Positions 10,948 to 21,735 are shown, numbered from the stretch's first letter. The stretch: DNA of 64,000 bases from Gammaproteobacteria bacterium (GCA_965243205.1 CBDEUK010000002.1:2112001-2176000); one strand, 5' to 3'. Translations and numbers: made by a program. Notes: a model not told the origin generated them from the sequence alone.

Positions 10948-11679
10948 TCAGTAATCCATCCAAATTAAGCTTGCCATTCTTCCAGTCACACCATCGCGTC
11001 GATAGGAATACCAGAAGTCCGATTCTGAATAAGTACAATGTTCAGAGTCATATACTGTTTCAATTCCATGACGGTTTAATGTTGTTGTAACCATGCCTTT
11101 TAAATCCATTAACCAATGGTTTTCTCGGTTAGCCTCAAAAAATCGTTCAAATTCGTTATTCGTCTTTATAAAAACATCACGAACTGGTTTATCGATCTCA
11201 TAGTGTGTTTTACTAATACACGGACCTAACCAAGCCATTGTTGCCGGTGGAGATGAAAATGTTTTTAAGGCATTTTCGACGATGCCATTATAAAACCCTC
11301 TCCAACCTACATGGATTGCTGCAACTAAATGTCTTTTGGTATCACATAACAACAGTGGCAAACAGTCTGCGGTAAGAACTGCAACAACCATGCCGTGTTT
11401 TGAGGTGTAACTGCCATCACAATTTGCTTGTGTAATTAAAGGGTTAGCTTCAATCACTTTATTGCTATGGGTTTGATTTAGCCAATAAGGTTCGGAGGGT
11501 AATTGAAGTAAAGAGAATATTTGTTGGCGATTGTTTTCTATATCTGTTTCAGAATCATCCACATGTTTGGCGAGATTTAATTGTTCATATGGCGCTTTGC
11601 TGATGCCACCGATACGAGTTGTAGTACCGGCACGTAGCCAATCAGGGGCAGGCCAATTTGCTTCAAGCCAGCTCTTCAT
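10948..11679 (-). CDS. pgeF: Peptidoglycan editing factor / purine nucleoside phosphorylase PgeF (YfiH)
   Basis: LNLAKHVDD, WLNQTHS, TADCLPLL, HVGWRG, YSYRRDGVTGRM; overlaps rluD. Confidence 0.92.
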   Translation of the reverse strand: MKSWLEANWPAPDWLRAGTTTRIGGISKAPYEQLNLAKHVDDSETDIENNRQQIFSLLQLPSEPYWLNQTHSNKVIEANPLITQANCDGSYTSKHGMVVAVLTADCLPLLLCDTKRHLVAAIHVGWRGFYNGIVENALKTFSSPPATMAWLGPCISKTHYEIDKPVRDVFIKTNNEFERFFEANRENHWLMDLKGMVTTTLNRHGIETVYDSEHCTYSESDFWYSYRRDGVTGRMASLIWMDY

Positions 11680-12631
11680 TACTTAGTATTTCTATTAGTT
11701 GTTTAAAGTCTTCAGGCAGTTCAGCTTGCCAAGACATTTCCTCTCCAGTACTCGGATGTTCCAAGGTTAATTGAAAGGCATGTAGCGCTTGGCGTTTGAA
11801 TTTTCTAAGACTATTGGCAAGGTTTTCACTACAGCCTTTTGGCAGACTTAATCTTCCGCCATAGACTGGATCGCCAACGATAGGATGACGAATATGAGCC
11901 ATGTGAACCCGAATTTGATGTGTTCTGCCTGTTTCAAGTTGGCATGTAAGTAAAGCATAGTTTTGAAACTTAGTATCGATTCGATAATGTGTTATGGCTT
12001 CTTTACCTGTAAGGACAATGGCCATCCTCGTTCGATGTTTTGGATCACGTCCAATCGGTTGATGGACTGTGCCGCCTGCGGTGAACTTACCTTTTACAAG
12101 AGCTTTGTATTCACGTTTTATCTCGCGTTCCTGCATAGCGGCTACTAACGCTGTGTGCGATTCAGGGGTCTTGGCAATCACCATTAACCCAGTGGTTTCT
12201 TTATCTAAACGATGGACAATGCCTGCACGAGGTACAAGGTTTAGTGTTTCATCATGATGTAGCAATGCATTTAATAAAGTCCCAGTGCGATTACCTGCCC
12301 CTGGTTGAGTCACTAAGCCAGCCGCTTTATTAATGATAATAATCGTGTCATCTTCATAGATGATATTTAGTGGTATGGCTTCAGATTCATCGTGGGTTTG
12401 TTCAAGCCATTCAGCTTCTATTTTGATTTCCTCTCCGCCTAGCACTTTATGTCTTTGGTTTACCTGTTGTTGATCAACAAGAACATACCCTTGTTTAATC
12501 CAGTCTTGTAATCGTGATCGGGAATGTTCTTGAAACAGCTTGGCCAGGACTTGATCCAGACGCATACCTGCTAGCTTTTCAGGTACAAAGGCACTGAGTG
12601 CAATTGTACGGTTTTTTGTGGTTTCACTCAT
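11663..12631 (-). CDS. rluD: 23S rRNA pseudouridine 1911/1915/1917 synthase RluD
   Basis: S4-like N-domain, GIVHRLDKETTGL, LETGRTHQIRVHM, RQALHA; divergent from bamD. Confidence 0.95.
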   Translation of the reverse strand: MSETTKNRTIALSAFVPEKLAGMRLDQVLAKLFQEHSRSRLQDWIKQGYVLVDQQQVNQRHKVLGGEEIKIEAEWLEQTHDESEAIPLNIIYEDDTIIIINKAAGLVTQPGAGNRTGTLLNALLHHDETLNLVPRAGIVHRLDKETTGLMVIAKTPESHTALVAAMQEREIKREYKALVKGKFTAGGTVHQPIGRDPKHRTRMAIVLTGKEAITHYRIDTKFQNYALLTCQLETGRTHQIRVHMAHIRHPIVGDPVYGGRLSLPKGCSENLANSLRKFKRQALHAFQLTLEHPSTGEEMSWQAELPEDFKQLIEILSNEELA

Positions 12632-12676
12632 TGGATTGAAATTGCGCTAATGGGTTGATTGGGATAATCTGACACT

Positions 12677-13447
12677 ATGAAAGTATTACATATTATTATT
12701 TTAACTCTATTCTTATCCAGCTGTTCATTTTTTGAAGAAAAAGAAGATAAAACCGAAGCTTGGGGCGCTCAAAGATTGTATTCAGAGGCAAAAGATGCCT
12801 TGGATTCTGGTGATTTTTCTAAGGCGGTAGGCTTATATGAAAAATTGGAAACTCGTTTTCCCTTTGGTGTTTATGGCCAGCAATCATTATTAGATTTGGC
12901 GTATGCTTATTATAAAAATAATGATCATGACCAAGCAGTTTCTTCTTGTAATCGTTTTATTAAGCTTTATCCACAAAATAGACATGTTGATTATGCTTAC
13001 TATTTGCGAGGTTTAGTTAATTTTGAACGCGGACTAAGTTTTACCGATCGTGTATTGGATATTGATAAATCTCAAAGAAATCAAACTTCATCTGAGATTG
13101 CATTTAGAGATTTTGAGGAATTAACGGATAAATTCCCTGAAAGTGAGTATTCTGAAGATGCTCGCCAACGTATGATCTATCTCAGAAATATTTTAGCAAA
13201 GCATGAGTTACATGTTGCTAATTATTATTTACGCAGAGGCGCGTATTTAGCTGCTGCGAATCGTGCTCGAATAGTGGTTGAACAATATGAACGTACTCCT
13301 TCGATGCCTGAAGCATTAGCGTTATTAGCACGTTCATATAAAGTCATGGGAATGGATGATTTATCCAGAGATTCTCTACGAGTTTTACAGCTTAATTATC
13401 CAAATTATCCAGGCATAGCTGAAGTGGAAGAGATTGTTGTACGCTAA
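12677..13447 (+). CDS. bamD: Outer membrane protein assembly factor BamD (ComL) lipoprotein
   Basis: Lipobox LSSC, TPR helices, LAKHELHVANYYLRRGAYLAAANRA; divergent from rluD. Confidence 0.93.
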   Translation: MKVLHIIILTLFLSSCSFFEEKEDKTEAWGAQRLYSEAKDALDSGDFSKAVGLYEKLETRFPFGVYGQQSLLDLAYAYYKNNDHDQAVSSCNRFIKLYPQNRHVDYAYYLRGLVNFERGLSFTDRVLDIDKSQRNQTSSEIAFRDFEELTDKFPESEYSEDARQRMIYLRNILAKHELHVANYYLRRGAYLAAANRARIVVEQYERTPSMPEALALLARSYKVMGMDDLSRDSLRVLQLNYPNYPGIAEVEEIVVR

Positions 13448-15079
13448 TTATTTCTCTCGATAACCGGATGTAATTGGATAACGTCTATCTCTTCCAAACG
13501 CGCGTTTGGTAATGCGAATGCCCGGAGCGGATTGCCGACGTTTGTATTCATTCATGTCTACTAGTCTAACGACATGCCGTACATCATCTTCTGAAAAACC
13601 TTCAGCAATGATTTTTTCTGGACTCATATCCCGTTCTATATAATGCTCCAAGATCGGATCCAATATTTCATAACTTGGTAAAGAGTCTTCATCTTTTTGA
13701 TCGGGACGTAACTCTGCGCTGGGTGGCCGGTCGATGATTCTTTGTGGAATCACTGCTTCTTCATGATTTCGCCACTTACATAAATCGTAAACCAATAATT
13801 TAGGGACATCCTTTAATGGAGCAAAGCCACCTGCCATATCACCATACAAAGTCGCATATCCAACCGCCATTTCACTTTTATTTCCTGTGGTGAGTAACAT
13901 TTTTCCATAACGATTTGAAATCGCCATGAGTAAAGTGCCTCTACAACGTGCTTGAATATTTTCTTCTGTTGTATCATGAGCATGAGCTTCTTGTAGAAAT
14001 GGCTCAAGCGTTTTCATGAAGGCATTAAATGGTTTTTCGATCGGTAAAATGTGATGTTTTACATTCATGTTTTCAGCGAGCAATACCGCATCTTCGTTAC
14101 TCATATGAGAGGTGTATTTAGAGGGTAATAAATATACATCAACATTTTCAGAACCTAGGGCATCGACTGCCAAAGTCATTGTTAACGCTGAGTCAATGCC
14201 ACCAGATAGTCCTAAAATTACTGAGCTAAAACCATTTTTTTGAACATAATCTTTAATGCCTAAGCATAGAGCTTTGTAAATTAAATCCAATTGGGAAACG
14301 GTATTAAATGAATAGTCGTGTTGAAATGATTTGTTATTAAAATCATATTCAACAATATAACAATCTTCCTCGAAAGCAGGGGCTTCAAAATCAATATCGC
14401 CGTTTCGATTGATAGCCATTGAACAACCATCGAATAATAAATCGTCTTGCCCACCAACTAAGTTGGCGTAAACAATATCTACTTCTGAATCTTGTGCACG
14501 TTGCTTTAACATTGTTCGACGTTCTTGTTGTTTCATAGTATGAAATGGCGAGGCATTAATATTAAGAATTAATTCAGCTCCAGCTTGTTTTGCATTTTCA
14601 CTAGGACCTTTAAACCAAATATCTTCACAAATACTGAGTGCTATAGGTACGCCTTTAATAGAAAATACACAGTCTTTATGGTCTTCAACAAAGTAACGTT
14701 TTTCATCAAATACGCCATAATTTGGTAAGCGTTGTTTGTTATATGTATAAAGAATCTTCTTGTTATGTAGAACGCTACAGGTATTAAATAATTGATTATT
14801 TATATGAGATGGATAACCGATAACGACATAGATATCTTCACTGTGTTCTAATATTTGAAGTATTGCGGACTCAATTTGATGATACAAAGCAGCTCTTAAT
14901 AATAGATCTTCAGGTGGATAAGAAGTTAGAGTCAGTTCAGGAAAGACTAAAATATCAACATTCTTTAATTGCTTCTTTTGAGTTATAAGATCAATAATTT
15001 TCTGGCAATTGGACTCAATTGCACCAACTTGTAAATTGATCTGGGCTATTGCAATACGAAGTGTTTTCTCGGCAGGCAT
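13448..15079 (-). CDS. nadE: Glutamine-dependent NAD+ synthetase
   Basis: N-terminal nitrilase domain (FPEL, LPNYGVFDEKRYF, ICEDIW), GLSGGIDS, TGNKSE, NEYKRRQ. Confidence 0.95.
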   Translation of the reverse strand: MPAEKTLRIAIAQINLQVGAIESNCQKIIDLITQKKQLKNVDILVFPELTLTSYPPEDLLLRAALYHQIESAILQILEHSEDIYVVIGYPSHINNQLFNTCSVLHNKKILYTYNKQRLPNYGVFDEKRYFVEDHKDCVFSIKGVPIALSICEDIWFKGPSENAKQAGAELILNINASPFHTMKQQERRTMLKQRAQDSEVDIVYANLVGGQDDLLFDGCSMAINRNGDIDFEAPAFEEDCYIVEYDFNNKSFQHDYSFNTVSQLDLIYKALCLGIKDYVQKNGFSSVILGLSGGIDSALTMTLAVDALGSENVDVYLLPSKYTSHMSNEDAVLLAENMNVKHHILPIEKPFNAFMKTLEPFLQEAHAHDTTEENIQARCRGTLLMAISNRYGKMLLTTGNKSEMAVGYATLYGDMAGGFAPLKDVPKLLVYDLCKWRNHEEAVIPQRIIDRPPSAELRPDQKDEDSLPSYEILDPILEHYIERDMSPEKIIAEGFSEDDVRHVVRLVDMNEYKRRQSAPGIRITKRAFGRDRRYPITSGYREK

Positions 15080-15163
15080 AAAACTATGTGTGTTGGATTG
15101 TTATCTCTATAGTATTCAGTATTATAAGTCTTAGCTCAAGTGATTAGGTTATACTAACTTAAA

Positions 15164-16753
15164 ATGCCAAAAATCCATCAACAAAAAACCGAAACTGATT
15201 GGAAAGCACTGCACTATTTCAATCTATATCGAATCTTTATTGCAATATTTTTTCTGACCTTGGTTTTTACCTCGAATATTCCTGAGCCTCTAGGAGAGTA
15301 TAAGCCCGATCTTTTTTCTCTTTTGTGTAAAGTTTATCTGATTCTTGCTTTTTTAATTGCCTTTTTTTCTCAACATAGAAACTTTTCTCATCAAAGTTTA
15401 GTACTCATCAGTATATTTATTGATATTATTTTTCTGAGTTTGATGATGTATGCGAGTGGTGGTTTAAAGAGCGGATTTGGTTTGTTATTAGTCATTTCCG
15501 TTGCAAGCGGTAGTATATTGAGTACGCAAAAAATAGCTTTTTTTATCGCGGCTATTGCGACAATTTTTGTTTTATCGGTTGAGTTATACGCTTATTTTTT
15601 TGAATCTGCTTCCAGAGATAATTACACACAATCATCTATTCTTGGTTTAGCGTTTTTTATTACTTCTCTAACAGGAAATTATTTATCAACACGTTTAAGA
15701 GCCAGTGAAGTCCTAGCAGAAAGACGGGCAGCAGAGATCCAAAGCTTAGCTGAACTCAATGAGCAAATTATTGATCGTATGCAGTCTGGTATTATTGCAA
15801 TTGATAATAATTTTGTTATTCAATTAATGAATCGTTCTGCAAAAGAATTATTAAATTACCCTTACCAAAGCTATGGTCAGCCTTTAGACAAAGTCAGTGA
15901 AAATTTGGTCGATTTAGTTGAAGAATGGCAAGTTAATGACGTTACTGGAGCTTCAATAGTAACGCTTGATGATAATATAGAACTAAAAGTTGGTATTGCA
16001 GAGATTTTGAATAAACAACAACCTACGAATTCAATTTTTCTAATCTTTTTAGATGATGCAACTAAGGTGCGTCAACAAGCGCAAAATATAAAATTGGAGT
16101 CTCTCGGACGTTTAGCCGCGAGCATTGCACATGAAGTACGTAATCCCTTAGGCGCTATCAGTCATGCTGGACAACTGTTAAAAGAATCCTCATCACTTGC
16201 AAAAAGTGATGAACGTTTAACGGAAATTATTCAAACTCAATCAAATCGGGTTAATTCGATCATTGAAAATGTATTAAGTATTTCTCGACGGCAACAACCG
16301 AATATTGAAGAAATCGATTTACTTGATTGGCTAGAAAAATTTAAAAACGAATTTATAGAGCAACAAAGATTACAAGAAGACGACTTTATTATCTCCACTT
16401 CATTAGATAGTTTAGTTGTAAAGTTTGATAGTACTCAGTTACAACAAGTGTTGTGGAATCTTTGTCAAAATGCATTTCGTTACAGTCAAACTAATCCGTT
16501 GATAACTATTGAATGTAACATTAATGAAAATAACCAAAGACCTTATATGGATATTATAGATACAGGCTCAGGAATTAATGAAAATGAAGTCGAAAAATTA
16601 TTCGAACCTTTTTTTACCACTGATAAAGAAGGAACAGGTTTAGGTTTATATATATCAAGAGAACTGTGTGAAATTAATCAGGCCAATTTATATTTAGAAA
16701 ATAATTCAAATGAAGGATGTCGTTTTCGAATTGTTTTCTCATATCCTGAATAA
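15164..16753 (+). CDS. pilS: Membrane sensor histidine kinase PilS
   Basis: Multi-TM N-terminus with YFNLYR and ASGGLKSGFG, PAS region, SLGRLAASIAHEVRNPL, GTGLGLYI; next to pilA/pilR. Confidence 0.88.
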   Translation: MPKIHQQKTETDWKALHYFNLYRIFIAIFFLTLVFTSNIPEPLGEYKPDLFSLLCKVYLILAFLIAFFSQHRNFSHQSLVLISIFIDIIFLSLMMYASGGLKSGFGLLLVISVASGSILSTQKIAFFIAAIATIFVLSVELYAYFFESASRDNYTQSSILGLAFFITSLTGNYLSTRLRASEVLAERRAAEIQSLAELNEQIIDRMQSGIIAIDNNFVIQLMNRSAKELLNYPYQSYGQPLDKVSENLVDLVEEWQVNDVTGASIVTLDDNIELKVGIAEILNKQQPTNSIFLIFLDDATKVRQQAQNIKLESLGRLAASIAHEVRNPLGAISHAGQLLKESSSLAKSDERLTEIIQTQSNRVNSIIENVLSISRRQQPNIEEIDLLDWLEKFKNEFIEQQRLQEDDFIISTSLDSLVVKFDSTQLQQVLWNLCQNAFRYSQTNPLITIECNINENNQRPYMDIIDTGSGINENEVEKLFEPFFTTDKEGTGLGLYISRELCEINQANLYLENNSNEGCRFRIVFSYPE

Positions 16754-16783
16754 CAAACATCTTAGGTAGAATTCATAATAAAT

Positions 16784-16811
16784 AAAAAACCCCGCATAAG
16801 CGGGGTTTTTT
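16784..16811. terminator. Bidirectional intrinsic terminator between convergent pilS and pilA
   Basis: AAAAAACCCCGC-ATAA-GCGGGGTTTTTT hairpin with A and T tracts on both sides. Confidence 0.88.
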
Positions 16812-16828
16812 GTATAAGAAGTAAATAA

Positions 16829-17341
16829 TTATTTACATTCAGTTGGGGAATAGCGTGCTGGTATAGTACCACCCGCAGCTGCAGTTAACCCTCTGTTTGT
16901 AACAGCTGTAACTGAGTTTGCGCCAGTACATGCCCAATCTATATTGCCATTCAGGTTAGCGGCTGTGATTAATCCATTAGCAATATTTGGAGTAAGCATT
17001 AGAATATTAGCATCATTAAGCTGTGGAATATTAGCTACACTGTATGTAATTTGGAGAGCACCATTTCCTTGGACTTGGATATCAGTTACATATTTTGTTG
17101 CAACAAAGTTAGGCGCATTATACTCAACTTGAAATGCAGCCAAACCATTAAGACCATCAGCAGCTATAGCCTCAGCAACTCCAATTTTTGCAGCGCCAGC
17201 TAATGATAAACCTTCAGTTACTTTTGAACGTACGGTGTAATCTTGATAAGCAGGGATAGCAACTGCCGCTAAAATACCGATGATCGCAACAACGATCATT
17301 AATTCGATTAGGGTAAAACCTTTTTGAACTTGTTTTTTCAT
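16829..17341 (-). CDS. pilA: Type IVa major pilin
   Basis: QKG|[27 protein letters not shown] class III signal; C-terminal Cys pair; SD GAGGA. Confidence 0.95.
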   Translation of the reverse strand: MKKQVQKGFTLIELMIVVAIIGILAAVAIPAYQDYTVRSKVTEGLSLAGAAKIGVAEAIAADGLNGLAAFQVEYNAPNFVATKYVTDIQVQGNGALQITYSVANIPQLNDANILMLTPNIANGLITAANLNGNIDWACTGANSVTAVTNRGLTAAAGGTIPARYSPTECK

Positions 17342-17384
17342 TTGTGTATTTCCTCAAAAAATAAAATATTTAAATAATTCATCC

Positions 17385-17450
17385 TCTCTGGATTTGATTT
17401 GCTTACTCCCTAAGCGCCTCTGTGAGATATAAACAAATCCAATCCAGAGA
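17385..17450 (-). promoter_or_regulatory. Long inverted repeat in the predicted pilA 5' UTR
   Basis: TCTCTGGATTTGATTTG (17385) and CAAATCCAATCCAGAGA (ends 17450) form a 17-bp stem with 1 mismatch. Confidence 0.65.
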
Positions 17451-17464
17451 CTTGGTTCCTATAG

Positions 17465-17480
17465 AGCAGGATGTATGCCA
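17465..17480 (-). promoter_or_regulatory. Sigma54 (-24/-12) promoter of pilA
   Basis: Minus strand TGGCATACATCCTGCT = GG-N10-GC; pilA is classically RpoN/PilR-dependent; IHF-like AAACAAAGAGTTA at 17509-17521. Confidence 0.82.
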
Positions 17481-17582
17481 ATAAATTTATAGTAAAGAGT
17501 TCACTATAAAACAAAGAGTTATAGACAGTTTTGTGTTGTGGTTCACAAACAGTGATCTGACGTCAATAATACTGAAGGTCAT

Positions 17583-17605
17583 AAAGTGACGTAGAACGTC
17601 ACTTT
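17583..17605. promoter_or_regulatory. Perfect 10-bp inverted repeat: candidate PilR enhancer (UAS) and/or pilR terminator
   Basis: AAAGTGACGT-AGA-ACGTCACTTT, about 140 bp upstream of the predicted pilA +1 and 2 nt after the pilR stop. Confidence 0.55.
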
Positions 17606-17607
17606 TG

Positions 17608-18909
17608 TTATTTAATATCGAGCTTTTCTAACCGATAGCGTAGTGCCCTAAACGTAATCCCTAGTTTCTTAGCTGCTGCGGTTTTATTCCACTTAGATTG
17701 TTCAAGTGCTTCGATGATGGCTTCTCGTTCTAAATCGTCTTTCTTTCTATCCAATGAAGTTGATAAAGTATTATCAAGATTATTTTCAGGTAGATGTAAA
17801 TCATCCAATTGAATAATATCTTCTTCGCACATGGTAAGAGCGCGTTCTAAAATATTTTCCAGTTCACGAATGTTGCCCGGGAAGTGATAGCTTGCCAGTG
17901 TATTCATTGCAGTATCTGATAGTGAAGCTTTTTGATCTGAGTTATTAATCTTTTTCAAAATATAATTCACAAGATCTGGGATATCTTCTTGCCGTTCTCG
18001 TAGCGGCGGAATGTGTAATTCAATCACGTTGATGCGATAAAATAAATCTTGTCTGAAGTCACCATTATTGACCATCTCTCCAAGGTTTTTATGTGTTGCA
18101 CTTAAAATGCGTACATCAGTTTGGATTTCTTCCTCAGCGCCAACAGGGCGAATTTTTTTTTCTTGAATAGCACGCAATAACTTTACTTGCATGGATAATG
18201 GCAAGTCAGCAATTTCATCTAAGAATAAAGTGCCGCCATTGGCTACTTGAAATAAACCTTTCTTATCATTGATAGCGCCAGTAAAGCTGCCTTTTTTATG
18301 ACCAAATAATTCACTTTCCATTAGCTCGCTAGGTATAGCGCTACAGTTTACGGGTACAAATGGTTTATCAGCACGATTACCGTGTGAATGAATTAATCTT
18401 GCAACGAGTTCTTTACCCGTACCCGATTCACCGCTGATATAAACTGGGGCTTGGCTACGAGATAACTTAGTAATTTTTGTTTTGAGTTCTTGAATTTGTT
18501 TTGAATCACCAATCATTTCAATACGACTGGTTGTCATTGGATCATCAAGTTTAAGTGCTGAGCTTACTAATTTGCGTAGTACATTCAAATCGATCGGTTT
18601 ACTTAAAAAATCAAACGCACCATTTTTTAATGCTTTGATGGCCGTATCCATATTGCCATGTGCACTTATGACGGCAATTGGCATATTGGGATATTTCATT
18701 TGTACTGTTTCAACTAAATCCAAACCATCTCCATCAGGTAAGCGCATATCTGTTAAGCAAAGTTGGTATGAATTTTCTTTTAACAACATATAGGCAGTAC
18801 TTAGATCACTAGCACATGAACACTTTAGTTCCATGCGCTCTAAAGTGATCTCAAGTAATTCGAGAATATCGGGTTCGTCGTCAACGATTAAAACAGTAGG
18901 TTTAGACAT
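17608..18909 (-). CDS. pilR: Sigma54-dependent response regulator PilR
   Basis: REC (LTDMRLPDG), RSQAPVYISGESGTGKE, GSFTGA, FPGNIRELEN, HTH ending LGITFRALRYRL; adjacent to pilA. Confidence 0.9.
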   Translation of the reverse strand: MSKPTVLIVDDEPDILELLEITLERMELKCSCASDLSTAYMLLKENSYQLCLTDMRLPDGDGLDLVETVQMKYPNMPIAVISAHGNMDTAIKALKNGAFDFLSKPIDLNVLRKLVSSALKLDDPMTTSRIEMIGDSKQIQELKTKITKLSRSQAPVYISGESGTGKELVARLIHSHGNRADKPFVPVNCSAIPSELMESELFGHKKGSFTGAINDKKGLFQVANGGTLFLDEIADLPLSMQVKLLRAIQEKKIRPVGAEEEIQTDVRILSATHKNLGEMVNNGDFRQDLFYRINVIELHIPPLRERQEDIPDLVNYILKKINNSDQKASLSDTAMNTLASYHFPGNIRELENILERALTMCEEDIIQLDDLHLPENNLDNTLSTSLDRKKDDLEREAIIEALEQSKWNKTAAAKKLGITFRALRYRLEKLDIK

Positions 18910-18918
18910 CAGAATTGT

Positions 18919-19635
18919 TTATTGATGTTTGCTCGATAATTTTTGGCATTCTGTTTCTATCCATTCCTCAACTTCTTGTGTCAGTTGTTTAGCGGATTTA
19001 TCAGTACTTTCAATAACAGGCCCTATTACTATTGTAATTGTGCCTGGATATTTAATAAAACTATTCCGTGGCCAAAAGTAGCCAGAGTCATGTGCAACAG
19101 GCACGATTGGAAAACCAGATTTAGCCGCTAGCATCCCTCCACCGGGTAAATATGATTTTTTATCTCCAGGCGCTACCCGGGTACCTTCAGGATATATCAC
19201 CACCCATAAATCTTGAAGTAAACGTTTTGTGCCTTGGTCAACAATTTGTTTAAAAGCTTTAACAGCTGAACCTCTGTCGATGGCTATTGGTTCTAAACTC
19301 GCAAGTCCCCAGCCATAAATTGGTATCCATAATAATTCGCGTTTTAAGATCCATACTTGTGCCGGAAATATAAGTTGGTTAGCAATCGTTTCAAAAGCCG
19401 ATTGATGCTTCGACATAATAATTGCGGCTTTATCAGGGATGTTTTCTTTGCCAATCACTTCAAATGTTAAGCCACATGTTACGTTTAACCACCAAAGATT
19501 AAAACGTGCCCACAACACCATAACGGAATATCGAAATTTAAAAGGTAGAGGAAATAAAATGATGCCAATAGGCATAAAGATTAGCGTTGTGATGGCTAAG
19601 CCAAGATAAAAAATAATAGAACGAATAACTAGCAT
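18919..19635 (-). CDS. plsC: 1-acyl-sn-glycerol-3-phosphate acyltransferase
   Basis: KHQSAFET, ILKRELL, YPEGTR; glyQS-plsC synteny. Confidence 0.85.
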   Translation of the reverse strand: MLVIRSIIFYLGLAITTLIFMPIGIILFPLPFKFRYSVMVLWARFNLWWLNVTCGLTFEVIGKENIPDKAAIIMSKHQSAFETIANQLIFPAQVWILKRELLWIPIYGWGLASLEPIAIDRGSAVKAFKQIVDQGTKRLLQDLWVVIYPEGTRVAPGDKKSYLPGGGMLAAKSGFPIVPVAHDSGYFWPRNSFIKYPGTITIVIGPVIESTDKSAKQLTQEVEEWIETECQKLSSKHQ

Positions 19636-19659
19636 AAAGTTATTAGTAAAATATAAACA

Positions 19660-21735
19660 TTATTGTTGCAGTTTCGAAATATCTGCTATTTGTATAAATA
19701 ATTGTTGAACGGATTGTAATAAACTTAAACGATTATTTTTTAATGCTTCATCTTCAGCCATTACCATTACGTTATCAAAAAAAGCATCAATAGGATCTCT
19801 TAATGTTGCCAATTTTGAAAGTGCATTTTGGTAATCGTCATTTTGTAATAAGGGCTGTAAGTCACTTTGAATTGAATTTAATGCAGATACTAGAGTTTGC
19901 TCTGCTGCTTCAGTTAACAATTCAGAGTTGATATCTTTTGAGACAGTTGTTTTTTGTTTCTTAAGTATATTAGAGATACGTTTGTTGGCAGCAGCTAAAT
20001 CTTCGGCTTCGGGTAATTCTTGAAAAGCCATAACGGCTTTTATTTTGCTGTCAAAATCGAGTGGTTTCGTTGGTTGTGTTGCTAATACGGATTCAAAAGT
20101 TAAGGTGTCGATATTGTTATCTTGATAATAATTACGAAGACGTTCAATAATGAAATCGAATACCTGATCATGAGATTCTGTTTTATCAAAATCATGTTCG
20201 TATAAATAACATGCGTTGCTGATGAGTTTAGAAAGATCAATATCTAAATTGCATTCGATAATGATACGTATTGCACCGAGAGCAGCACGTTTTAAAGCAA
20301 ACGGATCTTTTTCACCAGTAGGGATTTGTCCAATAGAAAAAATACCAACAATGGTTTCTATTTTTTCAGCTAATGATAATATCTGTCCTGTTTTTGTTTC
20401 AGGTAAATCATCGCCTGAAAAACGTGGCATGTATTGTTCATCGATTGCTTTTGCAACATCATCAGGTTCACCACTTTGCTTTGCATAGTAATAACCGATA
20501 GCGCCTTGTAGATTAGGAAACTCGCCTACCATATCAGTGAGCAAATCACATTTTGCAAGTAAAGCAGCTCGTTCAATTGATTGAGAATCGATTTTTAAAC
20601 TGGCAGCGATTGCTCTTGATAATTTTGATACCCGTGAACTTTTCTCTGCCATTGAGCCTAGCTGTTTCTGATACAGTAAATTCTCTAATCCTGATTGATA
20701 ATCAGCAAGACTCTGTTTGGTATCTTGTTGCCAAAAGAACTGAGCATCTTTTAAACGTGGAGATAAAACTCTTTCATTTCCCTTACGGACAATTTCAATA
20801 TTTTTACTTTCAATGTTTGCGAAAGTAATAAACTTTGCTAACAGGTCACCATTTGAATCAACAATAGGAAAGTATTTTTGATGGTCTTGCATACTATAAA
20901 TAAGTGCTTCTTTTGGTAGAGCAAGAAATTCTTCGTCGAAGCTACCGACGACTGCCACTGGCCATTCATTAATAGATGTAACTTCATCCAATAAACCTGG
21001 GTCAATGATCGCTTCACCATTAACACTCTCAGCTGAAACCTTGATCTGATCAAGTATGATTTGCTTTCTTTGTTTGTAATCGACAATAACATGACCAGAA
21101 TCTTTTAATAGTGATTCATAGTTATTGATATTTGAAATAGTCATAGCATTTGGTGCATGAAAACGATGGCCATAACTTATATTCGAAGTTTGAGTTCCTA
21201 GTATTTCTGCATCAATAATATCTTCACCTAGTAATAACATGCTCCATTGAACGGGACGTACAAATTCAACGGTGTTATTACCCCAACGCATGCGTTTAGC
21301 AATTGGTAATTTATTGAGTGAGGTTTGAATGATATTCGGTAATAAGTCTTTAGCATGCTGGCCTTCAACATTCATGGTGTAAGCAAGCCATTGGCCTTTA
21401 TCCGTTTCTAATGTTTCTAATTGATCAACTGTTGTCTTGCATGATTGTGCAAAACCTTCAGCAGCTTTGGTTGGATTGCCTTCAGAATCATAAGCCGCTT
21501 TTACAGCAGGTCCACGGCGCTGCTCTTGTTTGGAAGCTTGTTCAGTTTGTAAGTTTTCAACTTTAACAGCCAAACGTCTAGGTGTCGCAAACCATTTGAT
21601 TGAATCATAACTTAGTTCGGCTGTTTTTATACCTGATTCAACTTGTTCGCATAATGATGTCGCTAAGCGAGCTAAGTCCTTAGGTGGTAATTCTTCGGTT
21701 CCAAGTTCGAATAATAAATGTTCTGAGCTACTCAT
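19660..21735 (-). CDS. glyS: Glycine-tRNA ligase beta subunit
   Basis: [47 protein letters not shown]. Confidence 0.96.
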   Translation of the reverse strand: MSSSEHLLFELGTEELPPKDLARLATSLCEQVESGIKTAELSYDSIKWFATPRRLAVKVENLQTEQASKQEQRRGPAVKAAYDSEGNPTKAAEGFAQSCKTTVDQLETLETDKGQWLAYTMNVEGQHAKDLLPNIIQTSLNKLPIAKRMRWGNNTVEFVRPVQWSMLLLGEDIIDAEILGTQTSNISYGHRFHAPNAMTISNINNYESLLKDSGHVIVDYKQRKQIILDQIKVSAESVNGEAIIDPGLLDEVTSINEWPVAVVGSFDEEFLALPKEALIYSMQDHQKYFPIVDSNGDLLAKFITFANIESKNIEIVRKGNERVLSPRLKDAQFFWQQDTKQSLADYQSGLENLLYQKQLGSMAEKSSRVSKLSRAIAASLKIDSQSIERAALLAKCDLLTDMVGEFPNLQGAIGYYYAKQSGEPDDVAKAIDEQYMPRFSGDDLPETKTGQILSLAEKIETIVGIFSIGQIPTGEKDPFALKRAALGAIRIIIECNLDIDLSKLISNACYLYEHDFDKTESHDQVFDFIIERLRNYYQDNNIDTLTFESVLATQPTKPLDFDSKIKAVMAFQELPEAEDLAAANKRISNILKKQKTTVSKDINSELLTEAAEQTLVSALNSIQSDLQPLLQNDDYQNALSKLATLRDPIDAFFDNVMVMAEDEALKNNRLSLLQSVQQLFIQIADISKLQQ

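Noticed and set aside
12967-12975. Perfect DnaA box TTATCCACA
   Set aside because: Single copy inside bamD coding sequence; no cluster or unwinding element, so not oriC
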